64,000 nucleotides of DNA, taken from contig DATIIM010000019.1 in the NCBI GenBank assembly GCA_035479615.1, positions 29,590 to 93,589 on the forward strand. The letters are read 5' to 3'. Of the stretch, positions 57,016 to 64,000 are shown one piece after another. The position numbers and the translations under genes were made by a program. Positions within the stretch are counted from its first letter, which is position 1; every line of letters starts with the position of its first letter. The notes beneath the pieces were generated by a model. The model made no database searches and was not told where the DNA came from. It worked only from the letters and a program-made list of their open reading frames with translations. The DNA comes from Patescibacteria group bacterium (GTDB lineage Bacteria; Patescibacteriota; Saccharimonadia; Saccharimonadales; UBA4665).

Positions 57016-57618
57016 TTATTTTTTCAGTATGACGAATAGTAAAACGAGCAGCGAAATGATCGCCACCGCCCCCAGCCAAACGATCAGAAAAGTAGCGTTT
57101 TGCTTTTTGGATGGCCCGTCGACCTGGGCGCCGAGCGCCTTCAATTGGTCGAACAGTGTATACCATCCGCCGCCAACAGCCGATACCTTAGATCCGATGC
57201 CGCCTGGAGTGAGTCCGCGTATAAGAAAAGGCTGGAGCAGTAGATAGTCTTTGACCGGCCCGTTGATTATCCAGCCAAACTTCGTCGAATAAGTGATTGC
57301 CAGCCCGGCAATAGGCTGTTCAAAAATCATTTTGCCGTCACGGTGGATGCGCACCACGCTTCCGTTATGCGAAAGATACCCGATTGACAGGCCTTGCGCG
57401 CCTACCTGGTAGTTCAATGAAGGAAGCGGGGTATTGGTGGTATACCATTCTCGGCGGATTGGGTCATCTTTGCCTCTTTCCACGAAGCGCACAACAAGGG
57501 CAAATTTTGTGTCATGCGGGAGGGTGGCTATTGCCGCGTCGGCGTTCGGCAGTTCCATAACGCCCTGCAACGTTTCTGATGATTGCTGGACTATGTCGCC
57601 GAGGCCGTAGTGTTTCAT
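57016..57618 (-). CDS. Hypothetical protein with a C-terminal TM anchor
   Basis: Likely start MKHYG at 57618, 6 nt after TATACT; ends FLIVWLGAVAIISLLVLLFVILKK. Confidence 0.6.
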   Translation of the reverse strand: MKHYGLGDIVQQSSETLQGVMELPNADAAIATLPHDTKFALVVRFVERGKDDPIRREWYTTNTPLPSLNYQVGAQGLSIGYLSHNGSVVRIHRDGKMIFEQPIAGLAITYSTKFGWIINGPVKDYLLLQPFLIRGLTPGGIGSKVSAVGGGWYTLFDQLKALGAQVDGPSKKQNATFLIVWLGAVAIISLLVLLFVILKK

Positions 57619-57710
57619 GATCTTAGTATAAATGACTGAGTGATATATGCGCAGCACAGAAGGTGCATTGCAATATTAACACCGGTAGTGTACCATATAC
57701 GAGACCTTAA

Positions 57711-57787
57711 GGGCGCTTAGCTCAGTTGGCTAGAGCACCTCGTTTACACCGAGGGGGTCGGGGGTTCGAATCCCTCAGCGCCCACCA
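57711..57787 (+). tRNA. tRNA-Val(TAC)
   Basis: Acceptor GGGCGCT/AGCGCCC, anticodon stem CCTCG/CGAGG with loop TTTACAC, GGTTCGAATCC and encoded CCA. Confidence 0.97.
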
Positions 57788-57802
57788 TATAGGTTTCTAA
57801 CA

Positions 57803-57839
57803 TAAACGCGACGTTCTCTCGAGAACGCCGCGTTTTTAT
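57803..57839. terminator. Probable bidirectional terminator between tRNA-Val and the ABC permease
   Basis: AAACGCG-a-CGTTCTC-tc-GAGAACG-c-CGCGTTTT. Confidence 0.65.
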
Positions 57840-57863
57840 TTTGCCGTTTTGTTAGCGCTGTCG

Positions 57864-58895
57864 CTACGCGTCGCGTTTCAGCACGAACCAATAGGTAGCG
57901 CCGACTGCCAGTAGCGTCATGCCTAGGTAGATGCCAGCTTCTATGCGCTGGAAATCCCAGTAACGGTACGAGGGCTGGTAGGTGGCAGTCTGGTGGATGC
58001 CGGCCTGATTCAGGCAGTCGTCCAAGGAGTCGCGACCTCCTGCTGACTTCACTCTTACGGCATGACCGCCATCTGAGGTCTGGGCGTTCTGTATGATTTG
58101 CTGGCATTCAGGCGGCATATTCTGGACGTCGAATGAGTCAAATGATTTGCCGTTTTTGTCGATGATGTTACGGGTGAGTACCCATGCTGCATCTTTCGGA
58201 ATTTTTTCGTCAATCGCACCTGGTCCCATTGGCGCAGTGACGGCGATAGGCGCCATGTAGCGTGGCCGGATGACCTGGCTGAATGTGGTTTGGAAGACCA
58301 CGAACAGCGCGAACGTGATACCAAGTGCCAGCAGTGTTTTACGGAAGCAGGCACTTAAGGCAAAGCCGAGGGAGGTGAAAAATACGGAATAGGCAACGGG
58401 CACTATGCCTTGTTCCATGAACAGGCCGGTATGGAACCGATTCAGGTAGAGCGTGTTTGTGGTATGTGACCACCAGGTGGTGAGCAAGGTGACGGCAAGG
58501 CCGTAGAGCGCTGCAAACATGAGCGCCCACGCCAGTTGAGTAGTCAGCCACTTACGCCGTGATACACTCTGCGTCCAGACGAGTTTGTTCGTACCCTCTT
58601 CGTACTCTTTAGCAATGAGCGGCGAGCCCAGAAACAACCCAAGCAGCAGTGGAGTGCCCAGGCCGATCGCAAATACCGTGGTTCTTATCAGAACGTCGAC
58701 CTGGCTTTGCATAAGGCTACCGGGTAAGTCGCTACAGCTTGGCGTTGCTGGATTTTGTACGCAGGTTTGTAGCGCGCTTTGATATGCGTGCCAGAAGTGG
58801 ATGCCGGTGGGGATGAGCAGTGCGGCGGACAATGCCAGCAGCACTCCGAATATCATGAATTGCTTGCGGTGTAAGCGCCAGGTAAACCAGTTCAT
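57864..58895 (-). CDS. ABC transporter permease (actinobacterial type)
   Basis: MNWFTWRLHRKQ, GSPLIAKEYEEGT.KLVWTQSVSRRKWL and YQPSYRYWDFQRIE. Confidence 0.85.
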   Translation of the reverse strand: MNWFTWRLHRKQFMIFGVLLALSAALLIPTGIHFWHAYQSALQTCVQNPATPSCSDLPGSLMQSQVDVLIRTTVFAIGLGTPLLLGLFLGSPLIAKEYEEGTNKLVWTQSVSRRKWLTTQLAWALMFAALYGLAVTLLTTWWSHTTNTLYLNRFHTGLFMEQGIVPVAYSVFFTSLGFALSACFRKTLLALGITFALFVVFQTTFSQVIRPRYMAPIAVTAPMGPGAIDEKIPKDAAWVLTRNIIDKNGKSFDSFDVQNMPPECQQIIQNAQTSDGGHAVRVKSAGGRDSLDDCLNQAGIHQTATYQPSYRYWDFQRIEAGIYLGMTLLAVGATYWFVLKRDA

Positions 58896-59770
58896 CGTGC
58901 GCCTCCTTCCTTGGCTTGGCCCATGTAGGCTAGGATTATCTCTTCTACGTTCGGTTCATGCTGTTGCCAGTGTTTTGAAATTTTCGCGTCTTTGGTAAGC
59001 CGCACAAGCAGCGTAGATTGCTTAGCGGTGTGGGTTTCGTGTATGACATTTATGCCGTCCAGGCTACTTGCATGTTCGCGTGGGCCAACCAGTATCCGAT
59101 GCTCGTTCAATACCGTATCGATGTCGTCGCAAATTTGCGTTTTGCCGGTAGCCACCACAATCACGTGGTCGCATACCCGTTCCAGGTCAGCGAGCAAGTG
59201 CGATGACATTACAACCGTGAGCCCGCCGTCGCTCACGGCCTGGGCTAGCGAAGACAGGAAGTCATGGCGGGCAAGGGGGTCTAGCGCTGCCACTGGCTCG
59301 TCCAACAGCAATAGCTTTGGCTTTTTGGCGAGTGCAAGGGCCAGCGCAACCTGGGCACGTTGGCCGCCGGAAAGTTTGCCGACTGGTTTATCGAGTGGAA
59401 TGCCTAAATCGGAAAGGCGGGTTGTGATAAGTTTATTGTCCCAGCGCTTGTTCAGGTGAGCACCCATGGCGATGTGGTCGCCCGGAGTGAGCTGCTTGTA
59501 GAGGGGGATTTCCTGGGCCAAGTAGCCTATCTCGCCCAGAAACTCATCTGTCTGAGAAGGGGGCTTATTAAAGATTAGGCTGCTGCCGCTGCTGGCGGTA
59601 GATAACCCGGTCAGCAGTTTGAGCAGGGTGGATTTACCAGCCCCGTTCGGCCCGACCAGTGCTGATACGCGCCCTACCGGCACTGTAATATTGCACTGCT
59701 CTAGTGCCCAGAATGACCCGTACTTTTTGCCGAGCCCTTCTGTTTGTATGGCATTTGTTTGTCCACTCAT
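58892..59770 (-). CDS. ABC transporter ATP-binding protein
   Basis: GPNGAGKST, LSGGQRAQVALALAL, DEPVAALDP and SSHLLADLE. Confidence 0.93.
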   Translation of the reverse strand: MSGQTNAIQTEGLGKKYGSFWALEQCNITVPVGRVSALVGPNGAGKSTLLKLLTGLSTASSGSSLIFNKPPSQTDEFLGEIGYLAQEIPLYKQLTPGDHIAMGAHLNKRWDNKLITTRLSDLGIPLDKPVGKLSGGQRAQVALALALAKKPKLLLLDEPVAALDPLARHDFLSSLAQAVSDGGLTVVMSSHLLADLERVCDHVIVVATGKTQICDDIDTVLNEHRILVGPREHASSLDGINVIHETHTAKQSTLLVRLTKDAKISKHWQQHEPNVEEIILAYMGQAKEGGAR

Positions 59771-60153
59771 TTTGCCCCTTTCTTGTTGTGTAATACTTCA
59801 CGAACCAGCGCTTCGACAGCTTCATCATCCAGGCCGGCATCGGCGGCTTTGGCGACCCAACGCGATAAGTCTTTTGCCAAGGCAGCTTGCGTTTCGGGTG
59901 ACGGGCCAGCTGGCGGTTGCAAGGCAAATGTGCCGCTCCCGGTCCGCCCTTCTACCAAGCCCTGGCTTTCGAGCTCGCGGTAAGCCTTAAATACCGTATT
60001 GGGGTTGATAGCGACCATCGCTACCACCTCCTTAACGGTTGGTAGCTGGTCGCCCTCTTGCAAAATGCCCATGCGCAGTGCTTGTTTTACCTGCTGCACG
60101 ATTTGCAAATACGGTGGTACCCCTGAATGTGTGTTAAGCCGGAACGTGATCAT
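59767..60153 (-). CDS. GntR-family (YtrA-like) transcriptional regulator
   Basis: PPYLQIVQQV...GDQLPTVKE...INPNTVFKAYRELE..GLV..R.G.GTF. Confidence 0.93.
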   Translation of the reverse strand: MITFRLNTHSGVPPYLQIVQQVKQALRMGILQEGDQLPTVKEVVAMVAINPNTVFKAYRELESQGLVEGRTGSGTFALQPPAGPSPETQAALAKDLSRWVAKAADAGLDDEAVEALVREVLHNKKGAK

Positions 60154-60162
60154 AATATTACT

Positions 60163-60181
60163 ATTATACTAGTTTCCTAGT
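60163..60181 (-). promoter_or_regulatory. -10 element with a small overlapping dyad (possible GntR operator)
   Basis: TATAAT on the minus strand (60163-60168) and ACTAG-tttc-CTAGT (60168-60181). Confidence 0.4.
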
Positions 60182-60225
60182 GAAATTATAAGCAACGTTT
60201 TTGCATTGTCAAACAACAAGAAAAT

Positions 60226-60747
60226 TTATCGCTCGTTTGGCCCGGCTGTGTACGCTTGCTTAAGCAGCTGTTCGTATGCTGCCAGCCAGGGGCCATACAA
60301 CACAACCAATCCACCGGCGCTCAGGCTCTCGGTTGCCTGGGTGACTTGTGGGGCGAGCAGTGGGACGGTGATATATAAGGTCATGTATGGCGGGAAGCTG
60401 GAAGGTAGTTCCGCAGGAGCTAAGCAGTATACGTTGGCATCGGGTATTTGCGTGGGAGTTTTGGAGGCAAAGCGGCAGTTCCGCATTTGGTCAACTTCGT
60501 ATTGCAGCGCCTCGCGTTTGAGTTTATCGAGCGTGCTGGACCGCTGGCACTCGACTTCGTAGAGTAGTTTCATCCAGCGTTTACGGATGACCGATAAAAA
60601 CACTTTGGTATTGTCGGCGATGATGAGCGTTTTGCCAGCAGCCAGCCGGCGGGGTACGTGTTGGGTAAGGTCAAAACTGATTTGGTCGCTGGTGTCGGCG
60701 GTGCGCACGTCTATGTACCACCGGCCGCCGTCAATATGCAGGATCAT
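60226..60747 (-). CDS. Hypothetical protein
   Basis: 173-aa ORF whose start overlaps the stop of 60744..60992 by 4 nt. Confidence 0.65.
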   Translation of the reverse strand: MILHIDGGRWYIDVRTADTSDQISFDLTQHVPRRLAAGKTLIIADNTKVFLSVIRKRWMKLLYEVECQRSSTLDKLKREALQYEVDQMRNCRFASKTPTQIPDANVYCLAPAELPSSFPPYMTLYITVPLLAPQVTQATESLSAGGLVVLYGPWLAAYEQLLKQAYTAGPNER

Positions 60748-60992
60748 CGTGCTGCCACCTGCTGCTTCCTAATATGCCGCTGTTGAGTGTCGAACGCCGC
60801 CCAAAAGATAATCCATTGGCGGCGGTTTGCTAATAAATGCGCGGTGCAGGCAAAGGCCTGGTTCCCGTAGGCGTCGAGTGACCCCGCGGTGACTTCACCG
60901 GCGCCAACCGGCGCCTCGCACACGACGCAAGTGGCATAGGGGTCGCGGAGTAAAGCAGTTTTTAATGTTCGTCTCTCTGTAAACACAACCAT
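60744..60992 (-). CDS. Small Cys/His-containing hypothetical protein (possible Zn finger)
   Basis: CVVC...C..H pattern; 82 aa. Confidence 0.55.
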   Translation of the reverse strand: MVVFTERRTLKTALLRDPYATCVVCEAPVGAGEVTAGSLDAYGNQAFACTAHLLANRRQWIIFWAAFDTQQRHIRKQQVAAR

Positions 60993-61049
60993 GTTGCAGG
61001 CCCTCGTTATTTAGGTATACTTGGTGCCAAGCACGGCTGCCCTATATAT

Positions 61050-61080
61050 AAAAAAGGACAGCCATTGCTTTGGCTGTCTA
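61050..61080 (-). terminator. Rho-independent terminator downstream of acyP
   Basis: On the minus strand GACAGCCA-aagcaa-TGGCTGTC followed by C and a T tract. Confidence 0.65.
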
Positions 61081-61249
61081 CACCTACAACTAGGTTTTTA
61101 TACCCGTTGGTAACAATGGCTGCCCATCTCCAGGTATAAACTCTAGTTCGAAAACGATTCCCTATTGTAAGTGTAGACGTGGGGAAGTATAGCATACGTT
61201 AATATGCTTTTGTCTACGCTTATCCACAGTCATTTTGTAATAGATCAAG

Positions 61250-61516
61250 CTAGTAAATTTCAAAGCCGCGATGGCCGGCTGGGTCGTGCTCGCTGTGTTC
61301 CACGTTTTCGACAACTGCTTCGCGCGAACCTTCATGGCACCAGGCTAAAAATTCCTGCAACGAGGCATCTTCGCCCTCAACTTCTATGTATACCGAGCCG
61401 TCAGGCTCGTTGCGGGCAAAGCCGTTTAAGTTGCGCTTGGTGGCTTCTTCGCGGGCAGTGTCGCGGAACCATACGCCCTGCACTTTACCGGTGACTCGTA
61501 TTTTGTAGTGCTTCAT
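61250..61516 (-). CDS. acyP: Acylphosphatase
   Basis: VTGKVQGVWFR, GFARNEPDGSVYIEVEG and F.I. Confidence 0.93.
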   Translation of the reverse strand: MKHYKIRVTGKVQGVWFRDTAREEATKRNLNGFARNEPDGSVYIEVEGEDASLQEFLAWCHEGSREAVVENVEHSEHDPAGHRGFEIY

Positions 61517-61560
61517 GCAATCTAGTATACTAATAGGTACAGAAAAGGAGCTATTAACCT

Positions 61561-62124
61561 ATGTTATGGATTATTATCGGCGCGGTTGTAGTACTGCTCG
61601 TGATTGTGGTTGCGGCCATGTACAACGGCCTTGTGCGACTGAACCAGCAATCAGATGAAGCCTGGAGTGATATCACCGTCCAACTTAAACGCCGGGTAGA
61701 CTTGATCCCGAACCTGGTTAACACCGTAAAAGGTTACGCCAGCCACGAAAAGACTGTTTTTGAAGACGTTACCAAGGCCCGTGCCAGCGTCGTAAACGCT
61801 AAGGGTGTCGAAGAAACCGCCAAGGCCGAAAACCAGTTCGAACAGACCCTCAAGAGCCTATTCGCCGTTGCCGAGGCTTACCCGCAACTGCGCGCCAGCG
61901 AAAACTTCCAGGCTTTGCAGGCCGAACTGACCGACACCGAAGACAAAATCATGGCTTCCCGCCGCTTTTACAACGGCGTAGTCCGCGATTTTAACACTAA
62001 GCGCAAAGTATTCCCGACCAACATTTTTGCCGGGATGCTCGGCTTTAATAAGGACAAGGAATTCTTTGAACTCGACGAGGCTTCGCAAGCAGCTGCCGAA
62101 AAGCCAGTGGACGTTAAGTTTTAA
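61561..62124 (+). CDS. lemA: LemA family protein
   Basis: N-terminal TM, YNGLV, AWSDI.VQLKRRVDLIPNLVNTVKGYA and AVAEAYPQLRASENF. Confidence 0.95.
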   Translation: MLWIIIGAVVVLLVIVVAAMYNGLVRLNQQSDEAWSDITVQLKRRVDLIPNLVNTVKGYASHEKTVFEDVTKARASVVNAKGVEETAKAENQFEQTLKSLFAVAEAYPQLRASENFQALQAELTDTEDKIMASRRFYNGVVRDFNTKRKVFPTNIFAGMLGFNKDKEFFELDEASQAAAEKPVDVKF

Positions 62125-62151
62125 TTCAGCTTTCCTTGAGATAATTAGTAC

Positions 62152-63024
62152 ATGTACAGCGAGATAGCCCGTAACAAGCGCCGCACAGTGGTGATTATGC
62201 TATTCTTTGTGCTTTTCGCCGGAGTGCTGGCCTGGATTTTTAAGCTGTACACCGGCTCACCAAGCCTGACGATTGCGGTGCTTGTGGGTGCAATTACCTA
62301 TGCCGTGGTCGGCTATTTCGCCGGCGGCCGCATGAGCCTGGCACTGAACGGCGCGGTAGCGATCGAAAAGAAAGACAACCCCAGGTTGTGGCGCATGGTA
62401 GAAAACCTGGCCATTACCGACGGCCTGCCTATGCCGGGCGTGTATATGATACAAGACCCGGCGCCGAACGCCTTTGCCACTGGCCGCGACCCGAAACATT
62501 CCGCCGTTTGTGTAACGACCGGCTTGATGGATATCATGGATGACCAAGAGCTGGAAGGTGTGCTGGCGCACGAAATGAGTCATGTGAAGAACTACGACAT
62601 CCGTGTGGCAATGTATGCCTTTGCTGTAACTGCGGTCATTTCGATATTGGCCGACATTATTATGCGTATGGTTTGGTTCCGTGACGACGAACGCGAAAAC
62701 AGCCAGGTATTCTTGTTCCTGGGAATTATCGCTGCCATACTAGCGCCGATTATTGCCACCATGATCCAGTTGGCTGTGTCGCGCCGGCGTGAATATCTGG
62801 CCGATGCCAGCGGCGCACTGACGACCCGCTACCCCGAGGGCCTGGCCAGCGCCCTGGAAAAAATCAGCCAGACCGGCAGTTCGCTCAAGAAACAAAATGC
62901 CTCCACTGCGCACTTTTTCTTTGCTAACCCGCTGAAGGGCGGCGGCGTGAGTAAGCTTTTTAGCACACACCCGCCAATCCAAGATCGGATCGAGCGCTTG
63001 CGTAAGATGGGTACCCACGCCTAA
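62152..63024 (+). CDS. htpX: M48 zinc metalloprotease HtpX
   Basis: PNAFATG, AHEMSH (HExxH), SRRREYLADA and FSTHPP...RI. Confidence 0.93.
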   Translation: MYSEIARNKRRTVVIMLFFVLFAGVLAWIFKLYTGSPSLTIAVLVGAITYAVVGYFAGGRMSLALNGAVAIEKKDNPRLWRMVENLAITDGLPMPGVYMIQDPAPNAFATGRDPKHSAVCVTTGLMDIMDDQELEGVLAHEMSHVKNYDIRVAMYAFAVTAVISILADIIMRMVWFRDDERENSQVFLFLGIIAAILAPIIATMIQLAVSRRREYLADASGALTTRYPEGLASALEKISQTGSSLKKQNASTAHFFFANPLKGGGVSKLFSTHPPIQDRIERLRKMGTHA

Positions 63025-63033
63025 ACTACCTAC

Positions 63034-64000
63034 ATGGCAAAAACTCCAAAACCGCCGGCTAAAACCAAAAAACCTGCTCCTAAAGTAGTAGCGAGTGCCG
63101 ACACCCCAACATCATCTCAGCCACGCCGCATGAAACTGCCCAAGTACCGGTCGTTCCATATGCAAAAGCGGCTTAAGCGTCAGACAACCCAGCGTATTCC
63201 CGGTTCTATAGCTTTGCTGCGGGCCAGCCTCAAGCTGCTTAAAGGCAACTGGAAGGTGTTCCTTGGCATTGCTGCGGTATTCGGTATTCTGAACTTGGTG
63301 TTGGTGACCGGGTTTTCGGTCGTCAACTTGAACGAGGCTAAACAGTCATTTGGCGCTGCCCTGAATGGTCAGCTCGTGAGCCAAGTTACCTCAGGGTTGG
63401 GGCTGTTTGTGTACTTGCTTGGGTCATCCAACACGGCTTCGGCCAACCCGACTGCCGGAGTGTACCGGCTGGTGCTGATGGTCGTCGTAAGCCTCGCCAT
63501 TATTTGGGCGCTGCGGCAGGTGCATGCGGGTAGTAAAATACGAATTCGCGATACGTTTTACCAGGGCATGTACCCGCTGGTACCGTTTACCCTGGTGCTG
63601 CTGGCTATTGGATTGCAGCTGCTGCCCATTGCCATAGGCGTCATGCTGTATGGCACGGTAATGGGCAATGGAATCGCTGTGACTTTTGTGGAGCAGGTTT
63701 TGTGGTCGATGTTGCTTGTCTTGTTGTCGCTGGCGTCGATATACATGCTTACCTCATCGCTGTTTGCACTCTATATTGTGAGCCTGCCGAATATGAGCCC
63801 TATGGCTGCACTGCGCTCGGCGCGCCAGTTGGTATTGCATAGGCGGTGGACGCTGATCCGCAAGATATTGTTTATGCCCGTGGCGCTAGTTATCTTGTGC
63901 GCAGTTATCCTGACGCCAATTATTATCCTGGCAACGCCAGCTGCACCATGGGTCTTTTTGGTAATTTCAATGTTCTTGCTCCCGCTCGCCTATAGCTATC
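63034..64000 (+). CDS. Multi-pass membrane protein, 3' end beyond the window
   Basis: Manual translation from the ATG at 63034: MAKTPKPPAKTKK...RASLKLLKGNWKVFLGIAAVFGILNLVLV..., followed by repeated hydrophobic helices. Confidence 0.7.
   Translation, partial: MAKTPKPPAKTKKPAPKVVASADTPTSSQPRRMKLPKYRSFHMQKRLKRQTTQRIPGSIALLRASLKLLKGNWKVFLGIAAVFGILNLVLVTGFSVVNLNEAKQSFGAALNGQLVSQVTSGLGLFVYLLGSSNTASANPTAGVYRLVLMVVVSLAIIWALRQVHAGSKIRIRDTFYQGMYPLVPFTLVLLAIGLQLLPIAIGVMLYGTVMGNGIAVTFVEQVLWSMLLVLLSLASIYMLTSSLFALYIVSLPNMSPMAALRSARQLVLHRRWTLIRKILFMPVALVILCAVILTPIIILATPAAPWVFLVISMFLLPLAYSY

Noticed and set aside
51268-60992. Integrative element at tRNA-Leu or tRNA-Val
   Set aside because: No integrase or transposase, and I found no duplicated tRNA 3' end (attR). 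It is reported only as an accessory region.
61220-61228. DnaA box TTATCCACA suggesting oriC
   Set aside because: Only a single box, with no cluster and no dnaA or dnaN nearby.

Overview
Bacterial chromosomal window in the standard genetic code. It is most likely from a Candidatus Saccharibacteria (TM7, CPR/Patescibacteria) genome; this is inferred from the C-terminally minimal AlaRS, the FtsA-like plus baseplate-J-like gene pair ahead of ruvX-mltG, and the compact gene packing, and no database search was run. A housekeeping backbone (mnmA end, alaS, ruvX, mltG, obg, sbcB, uvrA, rplY, def, uvrC, pepP, secG, lemA, htpX, three tRNAs) is interrupted by accessory genes. The most striking signal is a recurrent ~80-90 aa amphipathic helical module ending in A..[N/S/A]...Y[L/A]..[L/I]. 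It is fused through Pro/Thr/Ala-rich linkers to unrelated cargo domains at scattered loci: two orphan CheR-type methyltransferases, an EreA/ChaN/TIKI-like domain and an unknown domain, plus one stand-alone helical protein. It resembles WXG100/ESX-like helical hairpins of Actinobacteria, the usual hosts of Saccharibacteria, so this may be an undescribed effector repertoire. Other notable items: a DHFR/RibD-like x2 + VUT transporter + CofE-like ligase cluster (possible folate salvage) with an unannotated leader peptide and anti-SD; four tandem ABC exporters behind an 18-aa leader peptide; a ~205-bp nested inverted-repeat element before uvrA; a MerR regulon with two visible operators; two tRNA-Leu genes with a near-identical promoter; and many apparently leaderless genes. 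No rRNA, CRISPR array, integrase, transposase or prophage was seen.
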